Source of the DNA: Thermoproteota archaeon
GTDB taxonomy: Archaea > Korarchaeota > Korarchaeia > Korarchaeales > JAOZGB01
Assembly: GCA_037917685.1 (NCBI GenBank)
Contig: JAVCBU010000005.1
Coordinates: forward strand, 1-54,752
Direction of reading: 5' to 3'
DNA length: 54,752 nt
The notes under the pieces were generated by a model that worked only from the letters and a program-made list of their open reading frames with translations, was not told the origin of the DNA and ran no database searches. Shown piece after piece: positions 28,842 through 38,053 of this stretch; position 1 is the stretch's first letter, and each line of letters begins with the position of its first letter. Position numbers and translations under genes: made by a program.

Positions 28842-28934
28842 TCATCATCTAATCCCTTTATTGCTTATAAGGGATTGCACCAGATAAATGTAAATTTTTT
28901 AAACTTTCAATTGGTTCATCACCACTGATCGAAA

Positions 28935-30527
28935 ATGACGCTTCAATCATACCCAAATAAGAGATCAACAACCGGAACATCCACGAGAGTCCCCGATGTC
29001 CAGCCTACAAGTGGGATGTGCCCCATATGTATCGAGGAATGCCCGGTACTCTGTGAAATATCAAAGTCAGCATTCCGGGGGAGGGAAACCCTCTACCCAT
29101 CACCAGAATACTTCGGAATGAGCACAGCCGCCGCAAACAAGGACTACGGCCTAGACTGGTCAGACCTACAGATAATGGTAACAGTACAAGGAGCCTACGG
29201 AATCGAACCAGACCCTGACAAAGCCCTGTTCCCAAACGTCGATGTTTCAACATCAATAGCCGGCATCCCTCTAAAAGTCCCAGTTTTCCAGGCGGGACTC
29301 GGCTCCACCGCCGTCGCTAAGAGAAACTGGGACTCACTAGCGATAGGAGCCGCCCTTTCAGGCTCGGTTACAGTAGTTGGGGAAAATGTATGCGGCATGG
29401 ATGAGAAAGCCATAATCACTAATGGTAAGGTTACACACAGCGAAGACTTGAAACACAGGGTTGAAACCTACAGGAAATTCTGGGACGGCAAGCACGGAGA
29501 CATATTCGTTCAGACAAACGTTGAAGATCAAAGGCTAGGAGTAGACGTGTATGCTATTTCGAAACTTGAAGTTAACGTCATAGAAAGGAAATGGGGGCAA
29601 GGGGCAAAGGCCATAGGCGGTGAAGTAAGGATTAAAACCTTGGAGAAAGCCCAGCTACTGAAAAAGAGGGGGTACGTCGTAATTCCCGACCCTGAAGACC
29701 CTGTCATAATAGAAGCCTTCAAGGACGGGATATTTGAAAGCTTCGAGAGGCACAGCAGAGTAGGAATGCCAACCCTCAGAGGGTTCGTCGAGGACGTAGA
29801 ATGGCTAAGAGAGCAGGGAGCAAAGAAGGTAACCCTGAAGACCGGAGCATACAGGCCTATAGACGTCGCCTTCACAATGAAAGCAGCCTCAGAGGCGAAG
29901 GTAGACCTAGTGACCTTCGACGGTGCAGGAGGCGGAACAGGTATGTCTCCGGTACCCATGATGCAGGAGACAGCAATACCGACAGTCTACCTTGAAGCCT
30001 TGGTCTTAAAGGCAGCTATGATCCTGAAGAAGAGGGGGAAGCATGTACCCGACATAGCGATGGCTGGCGGATTCATAAATGAGACACAGATATTCAAGGC
30101 TATAGCAATGAGCAACTTCGGAGACGGCCCATTCATAAAGGCAATAGCCCAGGCGAGAGCCCCGCTGACAGCCGCGTTCAAAGGAAAATACTTCAAGAAG
30201 CTGGCTGAGGAGGGCAAGCTACCTCCGTCATTCAGGAAGTTCTATGGAGAAGACCCGTCAAAATACTTCGTCACGCTACCAGAGCTAAAGAGGAAGTACG
30301 GTGACAGGGTAAAAGAGATCCCTGACGGTGCAATCGCAATATACACCTACTGGCATGACAGGATAAGAGTCGGCCTACAGCAGCTTCTAGCAGGGTGTAG
30401 GAAGTTCAAACTAAGCCTTATAGACAGGAAGGATCTCGCATCCCTGACGGAGCGGGCTGAAAGAGTAACTGGGATACCGACAATAGACAAGCTGGACGTA
30501 GACGTCTTCGAATACATACTCTCCTAA
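28935..30527 (+). CDS. FMN-binding glutamate synthase family protein
   Basis: CPICIEECPVLCE, KWGQGAKAIGGE, DGAGGGTGMSP, MAGG. Confidence 0.88.
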   Translation: MTLQSYPNKRSTTGTSTRVPDVQPTSGMCPICIEECPVLCEISKSAFRGRETLYPSPEYFGMSTAAANKDYGLDWSDLQIMVTVQGAYGIEPDPDKALFPNVDVSTSIAGIPLKVPVFQAGLGSTAVAKRNWDSLAIGAALSGSVTVVGENVCGMDEKAIITNGKVTHSEDLKHRVETYRKFWDGKHGDIFVQTNVEDQRLGVDVYAISKLEVNVIERKWGQGAKAIGGEVRIKTLEKAQLLKKRGYVVIPDPEDPVIIEAFKDGIFESFERHSRVGMPTLRGFVEDVEWLREQGAKKVTLKTGAYRPIDVAFTMKAASEAKVDLVTFDGAGGGTGMSPVPMMQETAIPTVYLEALVLKAAMILKKRGKHVPDIAMAGGFINETQIFKAIAMSNFGDGPFIKAIAQARAPLTAAFKGKYFKKLAEEGKLPPSFRKFYGEDPSKYFVTLPELKRKYGDRVKEIPDGAIAIYTYWHDRIRVGLQQLLAGCRKFKLSLIDRKDLASLTERAERVTGIPTIDKLDVDVFEYILS

Positions 30528-30545
30528 CCCTTTTATTTTCCCCTC
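30528..30545 (+). terminator. Possible pyrimidine/T-rich terminator
   Basis: CCCTTTTATTTTCCCC after the stop codon. Confidence 0.35.
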
Positions 30546-30560
30546 TTGCCAAAGTAGCTG

Positions 30561-31700
30561 ATGGCCTGGGAATTCAAATACCATAACCCTGTCAAGGTAA
30601 TATTTGGTGTAGATACAGTTAAGAGCGTAGGCGAAGCCTCCACAAAAGTTGGGAAGAAACCCCTGATAGTTCACGGTAGAACAGTAGAGAAGATAGGCAT
30701 TGTTGATAAAATCTTAGAAACCCTCATTGAGAGAGGGCTGGGATTTGTAAGGTACTCAGACATAAACCCCAACCCTAGAATTGAAGAAGTTGATAAAGGA
30801 GCTGCCAAAGCCAGGGATATGGGATGCGACCACATCATTGCTATAGGAGGAGGCAGCAGTATAGACGCCGGGAAAGCAATCGCTATCGGATCCGCAAAGG
30901 GCGTATCAATATCGGAATTCCTACATAGAAGGTTAGAAGTAGACAATGCTCTTCCGGTAGTAGCGGTTCCGACGACAGCCGGCACCGGGACAGAGGTGGA
31001 CAGATTCTCAGTAATAACTGATCCAAGGGACCAGTCTAAAAGGGCTATAGCCTCGCCACACATATACCCGAGATATGCGATAATAGATCCGCAGCTAACT
31101 ATTACAATGCCTCCCAGGCTTACAGCGGCAACAGGATTTGATGCTTTCACACATGCATGGGAATCCTACGTCTCAAAACTGTCAAACCCGCTGTCGGAGG
31201 CTTACTCGGAGAAAGCGATAAAGATGATAGCAGGGAGCCTCGAATACGCCGTTAGCAACCCGGACAATATGCAGGCAAGATCTAGAATGGCCGCTGCTGC
31301 CATGCTTGCAGGCTACGCAATAGACATGGCAAGAGTTGGGCTATGCCATGCCATCGAGCACCCGCTAAGTGCAAGGCTAGGAATACATCACGGAGAAGGA
31401 CTTGCAGCCATAGCACCAGCAGTCGTAGAATTCACCTATCCCGGCGCCAAGGAGAAGTTCAACTTTATAACAGAGACCTTGCTGGGCACATCTGGAGGAA
31501 GGGACACGGCAGTTGAATCCATCCACAAATTCAAGGAGAGAATAGGGCTAGACGTCACCCTCACAGACCTAGGTGTTAAGAAAGGCATGATAGCCACCCT
31601 AGCAGATGACACGCTGAGATATATGAGGTATGCTGTTGAAAATAGCCCTGTCAAAGCCTCCAAGAGAGATATAGAGGCTATAATAGAAAGGTCTCTCTGA
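30561..31700 (+). CDS. Iron-containing alcohol dehydrogenase
   Basis: GGGSSIDAGK, PTTAGTGTE, DAFTHAWE, CHAIEH, HHG. Confidence 0.93.
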   Translation: MAWEFKYHNPVKVIFGVDTVKSVGEASTKVGKKPLIVHGRTVEKIGIVDKILETLIERGLGFVRYSDINPNPRIEEVDKGAAKARDMGCDHIIAIGGGSSIDAGKAIAIGSAKGVSISEFLHRRLEVDNALPVVAVPTTAGTGTEVDRFSVITDPRDQSKRAIASPHIYPRYAIIDPQLTITMPPRLTAATGFDAFTHAWESYVSKLSNPLSEAYSEKAIKMIAGSLEYAVSNPDNMQARSRMAAAAMLAGYAIDMARVGLCHAIEHPLSARLGIHHGEGLAAIAPAVVEFTYPGAKEKFNFITETLLGTSGGRDTAVESIHKFKERIGLDVTLTDLGVKKGMIATLADDTLRYMRYAVENSPVKASKRDIEAIIERSL

Positions 31701-31785
31701 CATCTCCTCAATCTTCTTATGATGTCCTACTATACTACTCTTACTAATACTTAAAAGCATCTAATGGTTTAACTCGCGGGGGAGC

Positions 31786-33186
31786 ATGGAAAAGCCATGT
31801 CATGCGCTAATACTCGCGGGAGGTTCGGGAACCCGCCTGTGGCCCCTGAGCAGGAGAAAGTATCCTAAACAGTTTTTAAAAATGAGATTTCTAAGGAATG
31901 CCTCCCTATTCCAAAAGACTGTTCTTAGAACTCTAAAGATAGTGGAAGCACCGGATGAGATCTACATAGTTGCACCTGAAATCTATAAATACATGATAAA
32001 AGGCCAGCTAAGTGAGATAGGCGTATCAATCCCGGAGGAGAACGTGATACTCGAGCCCGAGGGCAGGAACACTTTTCCAGCTGCGGCCCTAGGAATACTG
32101 ACTATGGAAGATCGTAACGGCGAGTGCAATGTTCTCATAGCGCCTTCAGACCACCTTTTAGAAGATAGAAAACTGGAGAGTGCTGTGACCAAAGGGTTGA
32201 AGATAGTTAATGATTATCTTGTAACCTTCGGAATCAAGCCTACTTCTCCGCACACCGGATATGGATACATAAAGCCCGGGGAAAAGCTTCCTGAAGGATA
32301 CAAAGTCCAAGAATTCACCGAGAAACCTGACATTGCAAAGGCCAAGGAATATGTGGAGAAAGGATATTACTGGAATAGTGGAATATTCCTAGTCAATTCG
32401 AAAATCTTCCTACAGGAGGCGATGAAACACCATGGTGAGACAATAGAGTACTTAAAGACTCATGATGTAAATGAGGCATACGAGAGAATAGAGAGTATAT
32501 CCATCGACTATGCCATAATGGAGAAGACCAAGCGTGCCGCCATGATACCTTTCAGAGGGAAGTGGACAGACCTTGGAGACTTCTTTTCAATGTACAAGAC
32601 CATGCCTAAAGATAAAAACAACAACAGTGGAAATGCAGAGTTGATAGCCGTAAACTCGAAAAGGAATATCGTAATAACACATAAGCTTACGGCGGTAATA
32701 GACATGAAAGACATTATCATAATAGATACCCCTGACGCCCTCCTGGTTTGCCCGCAGGGTTCAGCGCAGAAAGTGAAGCTTGTAGTAGAGAAACTCCAAA
32801 AGGCTAATGATGAAAGGGCGGAGATACATACCACTGTGTACAAACCCTGGGGATGTTACGTACTTCTAGAGGACAGGCCAACCCACAGGGTTAAGAGGTT
32901 GACCATACTACCGGGTGAGGGGATAAGCCTGCAGCTCCACCATCACAGAAGCGAACACTGGGTTGTAGTGAGGGGGATAGCTAAAATAACCCTGATCTCC
33001 GAGGGAAATAAGGTGGAAAGATTCATAAGGAAAGGAGAGAGCCTATACGTCCCACCAGGCGTGGCTCACAGGGTAGAAAACCCGGGTAAAATCCCCCTGC
33101 ATATCATAGAAACTCAGATAGGAGAATACCTCAAGGAAGACGATATAGTAAGATTAGAAGACCCTTATAGTAGAAAATCTGAGTAA
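31786..33186 (+). CDS. manC: Mannose-1-phosphate guanylyltransferase / mannose-6-phosphate isomerase
   Basis: LAGGSGTRLWPLSR..PKQF, EPEGRNT, FTEKP, KPWG, SLQLHHHRSEHW. Confidence 0.95.
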   Translation: MEKPCHALILAGGSGTRLWPLSRRKYPKQFLKMRFLRNASLFQKTVLRTLKIVEAPDEIYIVAPEIYKYMIKGQLSEIGVSIPEENVILEPEGRNTFPAAALGILTMEDRNGECNVLIAPSDHLLEDRKLESAVTKGLKIVNDYLVTFGIKPTSPHTGYGYIKPGEKLPEGYKVQEFTEKPDIAKAKEYVEKGYYWNSGIFLVNSKIFLQEAMKHHGETIEYLKTHDVNEAYERIESISIDYAIMEKTKRAAMIPFRGKWTDLGDFFSMYKTMPKDKNNNSGNAELIAVNSKRNIVITHKLTAVIDMKDIIIIDTPDALLVCPQGSAQKVKLVVEKLQKANDERAEIHTTVYKPWGCYVLLEDRPTHRVKRLTILPGEGISLQLHHHRSEHWVVVRGIAKITLISEGNKVERFIRKGESLYVPPGVAHRVENPGKIPLHIIETQIGEYLKEDDIVRLEDPYSRKSE

Positions 33187-33251
33187 AACAGCTTATTGGA
33201 CAACTGGCCTAAATGTCAGGGATAGTGAAGTATTACAGATACCTAAATGTT

Positions 33252-33269
33252 TACACTTAGCCTAGTGTA
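33252..33269. promoter_or_regulatory. Possible palindromic operator upstream of hdr operon
   Basis: TACACT-N6-AGTGTA just upstream of an AT-rich TATA-like stretch (33280-33298). Confidence 0.25.
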
Positions 33270-33310
33270 GGATTCGGCTAAAATTTTTACCTTTAAAGAG
33301 TTAGTAACTC

Positions 33311-33721
33311 TTGATGCAGCTTGTCATTCAAAGGAGTAAAATATACAATCCAGCGACAGAGAAGATAGTTGAACTAAGCGGTCAAAACGTCTACTCCTGC
33401 TACCAGTGCGGGATGTGTACAGCGAGTTGTCCCTCCGTGGAAAATATGGATGTACCACCTAACATGATTGTCAGGCTTATTCAGATAGGCATGGTCGACA
33501 AAGTTCTGAATTCTAAGTCCATTTGGGTATGCACCTCATGCTTCACATGCTTTGCAGAATGCCCTAAAGGGATAGATATAGCGAGCCTCACGGAAGCTTT
33601 AAGGCTGCAATATCTCAGGAGGAACATGGACCATCTCGATGTGTCAAGCATTCCCCGAAGGGAGCTTCTTGAACTTCCGGTTATCGCAATGGTAGGTGCA
33701 CTAAGAAAATTCACTGCGTAG
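33311..33721 (+). CDS. hdrC: Heterodisulfide reductase subunit C
   Basis: CYQCGMCTASCP and WVCTSCFTCFAECP. Confidence 0.9.
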   Translation: MMQLVIQRSKIYNPATEKIVELSGQNVYSCYQCGMCTASCPSVENMDVPPNMIVRLIQIGMVDKVLNSKSIWVCTSCFTCFAECPKGIDIASLTEALRLQYLRRNMDHLDVSSIPRRELLELPVIAMVGALRKFTA

Positions 33722-34603
33722 GTGAAGACCTTGACATATGCCTACTACCCCGGTTGCACCCTTAAAACCCACGCAAAAGGATTAGAGCTGTCAGCCCTTG
33801 CTTCCCTGGAAAAACTGGGTGTCAAGTTTAGAGAGCTTGAAAAATGGACATGTTGTGGTACAGTTTACTCCTTAGCCTCTGACGATGCGATGAGGCAGGT
33901 TGCCCAGGTCAGAATCCTTACCAGGGCAGAGTCAGAAGGCTACACCAGGCTCCTAACCGTCTGCTCCATGTGTTATAACACTCTTAAGAGGACAAACATG
34001 CATGTAAAATCAGATGCTGAGAGACTTAAAACTATAAATGCGTTCATGGACGACGAGCCTGACTACCAGGGTAGTGTTCAGGTGAAACACCTGCTTGAAG
34101 TCTTAAGAGATGAGGTTACATTCGAAAAGATAAAATCCATGGTACGTAGGCCGCTTAAAGGCCTTAAGGTTTCTGCATACTATGGGTGCCTTCTCCTACG
34201 GCCTAAAACAGTATCCATAGACAACTCTGTTAATCCACACGTTATGGAGGACCTAGTATCAGCCTTGGGTGCTGAGCCTGTCGACAGCCCTGAAAAAGCC
34301 AAATGTTGCGGCACCTACTTAACAGTGAACAGGGAAGACATAGTTTCAGGCTTCATCTACGACATACTATCAGCTGCGAGGAAGAGAGGGGCTGAACTTG
34401 TAGTTACGAGTTGTCCATTATGCTTTTTCAACCTAGACAGGCGTCAGAAGGAGGTAGCAAGTATGCATGATGGATACGAACCTATACCCGTACTCTATAT
34501 AACCCAGCTTTTGGCTTTAGCGCTGGGCATTAGGGATGTATACATGTTTAACCTTCACTATGTTAATCCAACAAGTCTTCTAAAGTCTAAGGCGCTGCTC
34601 TAG
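33722..34603 (+). CDS. hdrB: Heterodisulfide reductase subunit B (CCG domains)
   Basis: YYPGC, WTCCG, CSMC, YYGC, KCCG, SCPLC; true start possibly TTG 33731. Confidence 0.92.
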   Translation: MKTLTYAYYPGCTLKTHAKGLELSALASLEKLGVKFRELEKWTCCGTVYSLASDDAMRQVAQVRILTRAESEGYTRLLTVCSMCYNTLKRTNMHVKSDAERLKTINAFMDDEPDYQGSVQVKHLLEVLRDEVTFEKIKSMVRRPLKGLKVSAYYGCLLLRPKTVSIDNSVNPHVMEDLVSALGAEPVDSPEKAKCCGTYLTVNREDIVSGFIYDILSAARKRGAELVVTSCPLCFFNLDRRQKEVASMHDGYEPIPVLYITQLLALALGIRDVYMFNLHYVNPTSLLKSKALL

Positions 34604-36559
34604 GTGGGGAAAATGGGATATGGAGTTTTTATATGCCACTGCGGCCAGAACATTGCTGGAACCATAGACATCAAGAAGCTTGTGCAAAGAGTCTCAGAAA
34701 TAAGTGGCGTCACCCACGTGGAAGACTATATCTTCATGTGCTCTGATCCAGGCCAGGAAAGAATAAAAAAGGCCATAAGAGAAAAGAATCTGGAAGGTAT
34801 AGTCGTCGCCGCCTGCTCTCCTTCCCTCCATGAGGAAACCTTTAGGAAAGCTGCTGAAAGCGTGGGTCTAAACCCGTATCTAGTCGAAATCGCAAATATC
34901 AGGGAGTGGTCGGCATGGCCCCATCAGGGTGAGCCTGAGGAGGCAACTATGAAAGCCTTAAAGATAATAGAGTCAGCCCTGGAAAAGCTTAGCGGTGACA
35001 AGCCTCTAGACCCCCTCAGGCTCGACGTTGTAAGGAGGGTAATGGTTATAGGTGGCGGCATAGCTGGCATCCAAGCCGCGTTGGACGTCGCAGAAGCCGG
35101 CATTGAGGTTATACTTGTAGAAAGGACGTCAAGCATCGGGGGCAGGATGGCCCAGCTATCTGAAACCTTCCCAACCCTGGACTGTCCCCAGTGCATTCTA
35201 ACACCAAAGATGACAAGCGTCGCCCACCATCCCCTTGTTAAACTGCTAGCTTACTCCGAGGTCGAAGAGGTTTCAGGGTCAGCAGGCAACTTCAAGGTGA
35301 AAGTAAGGAGGAAGCCCACCTACGTCGACTGGGATAAATGCGTTGGATGCGGGCTGTGCATGGAAGCCTGCCCCGTTAAGGTTCCGTCAGAGTTCGAAAT
35401 GCGGCTTGCGGAGAGAAAGGCGATCTACATACCATTCCCGCAGGCGGTGCCAAACAAGGCCGTCATAGATGTGGAGAACTGTATAAGAATGAGATATGGG
35501 AAGGGATGCGGCCTGTGCGCGCAGAAATGCCCTGCACATGCCATAACCTTCGAGGACAATGGGAGACTGGAGGAATATGAAGTTGGAGCAATAATAGTTG
35601 CCACAGGCCTTGAAGTAATGGATAAGGCTAACTTCTCAGAGTATGGAGCTGGCGTGCTTAAAGACGTTTTGACAGGCCTGGAGTTTGAGAGGATGCTTGC
35701 CCCCTCGGGGCCGACTGGGGGGAAGGTTGTTAGACCCTCAGACGGCAGGGTTCCCAAGGAGGTTGTTTTCATACAGTGTGTAGGCTCGAGGGACCCTGAA
35801 AACTGGAATTCCTACTGCTCAAAAATATGTTGCATGTACACGGCTAAGCAGGCATTACTCTATAAGCATGCGGTTCCAGATGGCCAGGCATACATATTTT
35901 ACATAGACATCAGGGCTGACGGCAAGGGATACGAGGAGTTCATCCACAGAGCTATGGCAGAGGAAGACGTTATATACCTGAGGGGGAGAGTTGGCCGTGT
36001 ATACCAGGAGGGCGACAAGCTCAGAGTAGAGGGTGTAGACACCATTTCAGGGTTGAAAATAGTGATAGACGCCGACCTAGTAGTCCTAGCCACGGCCGCC
36101 GTCCCAAGCAGTGGGGTGGAAGAGCTTGCAAAGAAGCTTAGAATACAGCTTGGTGAGGGAGGCTGGCTGAAGGAAGCCCACCTGAAGCTTAGACCGCTAG
36201 AAACACTAACCTCAGGAGTATTCATTGCCGGAGCAGCGCAGCATCCTAAAGACATAACAGATACGGTTTCGCAGGCCAGCGGGGCGGCGGCGAAAGCGGT
36301 AGCTTTCCTGTCCAAGGGATACGTTTTGAGGGAGCCCCTAATAGCAGTAGTGGACGAGAACATCTGCTCCGGCTGTGGAAACTGTGAGGAAGCCTGCCCA
36401 TACCAAGCAATAAAGGTTGTAGATGGGAATGCCGAAGTGGACATGAGCCTGTGTGAGGGATGCGGCTCATGCACAGCAGCCTGCCCGTCCGGGGCTGTAC
36501 AGCTTAAAAACTACGATAAGAGACAGATCATAAAGATGGTTGAATCTATTGTGAGGTGA
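34604..36559 (+). CDS. hdrA: Heterodisulfide reductase subunit A (flavin-based bifurcating subunit)
   Basis: CHCG, ACSP, GGGIAG, TFPTLDCPQC, QCVGSRD, CSKICCMY, ferredoxin motifs; true start possibly ATG 34613. Confidence 0.95.
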   Translation: MGKMGYGVFICHCGQNIAGTIDIKKLVQRVSEISGVTHVEDYIFMCSDPGQERIKKAIREKNLEGIVVAACSPSLHEETFRKAAESVGLNPYLVEIANIREWSAWPHQGEPEEATMKALKIIESALEKLSGDKPLDPLRLDVVRRVMVIGGGIAGIQAALDVAEAGIEVILVERTSSIGGRMAQLSETFPTLDCPQCILTPKMTSVAHHPLVKLLAYSEVEEVSGSAGNFKVKVRRKPTYVDWDKCVGCGLCMEACPVKVPSEFEMRLAERKAIYIPFPQAVPNKAVIDVENCIRMRYGKGCGLCAQKCPAHAITFEDNGRLEEYEVGAIIVATGLEVMDKANFSEYGAGVLKDVLTGLEFERMLAPSGPTGGKVVRPSDGRVPKEVVFIQCVGSRDPENWNSYCSKICCMYTAKQALLYKHAVPDGQAYIFYIDIRADGKGYEEFIHRAMAEEDVIYLRGRVGRVYQEGDKLRVEGVDTISGLKIVIDADLVVLATAAVPSSGVEELAKKLRIQLGEGGWLKEAHLKLRPLETLTSGVFIAGAAQHPKDITDTVSQASGAAAKAVAFLSKGYVLREPLIAVVDENICSGCGNCEEACPYQAIKVVDGNAEVDMSLCEGCGSCTAACPSGAVQLKNYDKRQIIKMVESIVR

Positions 36560-36563
36560 ATAT

Positions 36564-36986
36564 ATGGGAGAGTTTAAGCCCGTCATCGTAGGTTTCCTGT
36601 GTAGATGGTGTGCTTCAGCAGCAGCCGACCTCGCTGGAACATCGAGGCTTCAATATCCAGCTACAGTCAGGCCGATAAGGGTTAACTGTTCAAGCATGGT
36701 TGACCCAGCATACATACTCAGAGCTTTACTCGAAGGGGCAGATGGCGTACTTGTCGGTGCATGCCACCCCGGTGACTGCCACTATGTGGATGGAAACCTT
36801 AAGGAAAGGCGGAGAATCGCGATCCTTAAAAACACGCTCGGTAAGCTAGGCCTACAACCGGAGAGGGTGAGGTTTGAGTATATTAGCACCTCAGAGGGCC
36901 TCAAATTCGCAAGGGTAGTAGAAGAGTTTACCAGGCATATAAAAGAACTGGGGCCAAACCCGCTTAGAGGCGGTTTCGATGATTAA
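36564..36986 (+). CDS. mvhD: MvhD/FlpD [2Fe-2S] subunit
   Basis: FLCRWC, VNCS, GADGV, ACHPGDCHY. Confidence 0.93.
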   Translation: MGEFKPVIVGFLCRWCASAAADLAGTSRLQYPATVRPIRVNCSSMVDPAYILRALLEGADGVLVGACHPGDCHYVDGNLKERRRIAILKNTLGKLGLQPERVRFEYISTSEGLKFARVVEEFTRHIKELGPNPLRGGFDD

Positions 36987-38052
36987 AGCTGTGCTTAAAG
37001 GAGATATTCGTAAACAGGTAGTCTCATTTCTCACTACTCTACTCTCAGAGGGAATAGCCGACTACATCCTGGGCTATAGGACTATGGATGAAGGTGTAGA
37101 GGCCTGCCTCTACAGGAAGGGTGACATAATAGATCTTAATGTCTTCACCCCTGTCATTCCAGGCTTGTCAATCACCACAATTCTTACCTGGTCCTCTACG
37201 CCGGGATTGAAGGGGAGGGTTGCAGCCATTGTTAAGCCGTGCATGGCAAAGGCTATCGTTGAACTTGTGAAGCTCAGGCAGATAGACGGGGAGAAGCTAA
37301 TAATAGTCTCGGTAGACTGTACTGGAACCGTAGACATTGAAGATTATAAAGACCTGGTTGAGAATGGATCTACCCCATTGGAGATCACGGAGAAATGTCT
37401 AGATGGACTGTTGGAGTGTAGAGAGGCGTGCACCCTATGTGTAGACCCGGTTCCCCCGGTTTTCGACCTTCACCTTTCCCCGGGTGGGGGTGGACTCCAT
37501 GTTTATGCTGGTTCAGACCTTGGAAATGAAATAATAAAGAGGTTGATGGCTCCGGTAGAAGAAGGGGATCCATACGCCAAGTTTAAAGACATTATTTCTA
37601 AGAGGAAGGAGGATAAGAAGAGGTATGTAGAAGAGGCGGAGTTTAAAGGGTTGGACGAGCTCAGGGAATTCTTTGAGGATTGCATAGGATGCCATAACTG
37701 TATGGAAGCTTGTCCTATATGCTTTTGTAAAGAGTGCTTCTACGATTCACCCAGGTATGACTATGTGACCAGATGTTTTCTCTCATGGAGCCCCCCAGGA
37801 GGGGATGACCCCCTCCTTCAGTCTAAACTTCAATTCCACGTTGGTAGAGCCGTCCACATGTCAACCTCATGTGTAAAATGTGGACTCTGCGAACAAGCAT
37901 GCCCCCAGGATGTAAACCTCACGAGGCTTTTCCTCTTGCTGGCGGAGGCTAACCAGAAGCTTTTCAACTACAGAGCTGGAAGGAATATGGACGAGGAGCC
38001 CCCGCTTAGAACATTCCTTGTTAACGAGCTTTCAGGCTTTGAAGGTGGCTAA
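36979..38052 (+). CDS. FdhB/FrhB-like subunit with 4Fe-4S dicluster
   Basis: VKPC, VDCTG, CTLC, CIGCHNCMEACPICFCKEC, HMSTSCVKCGLCEQACP. Confidence 0.8.
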   Translation: MIKAVLKGDIRKQVVSFLTTLLSEGIADYILGYRTMDEGVEACLYRKGDIIDLNVFTPVIPGLSITTILTWSSTPGLKGRVAAIVKPCMAKAIVELVKLRQIDGEKLIIVSVDCTGTVDIEDYKDLVENGSTPLEITEKCLDGLLECREACTLCVDPVPPVFDLHLSPGGGGLHVYAGSDLGNEIIKRLMAPVEEGDPYAKFKDIISKRKEDKKRYVEEAEFKGLDELREFFEDCIGCHNCMEACPICFCKECFYDSPRYDYVTRCFLSWSPPGGDDPLLQSKLQFHVGRAVHMSTSCVKCGLCEQACPQDVNLTRLFLLLAEANQKLFNYRAGRNMDEEPPLRTFLVNELSGFEGG

Positions 38053-38053
38053 T

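Noticed and set aside
28841-28925. Box C-like RTGATGA motifs on the minus strand as C/D sRNAs
   Set aside because: No properly spaced CTGA box D found downstream
34604-36986. Selenocysteine in HdrA/MvhD
   Set aside because: No in-frame TGA; the relevant positions are ordinary codons
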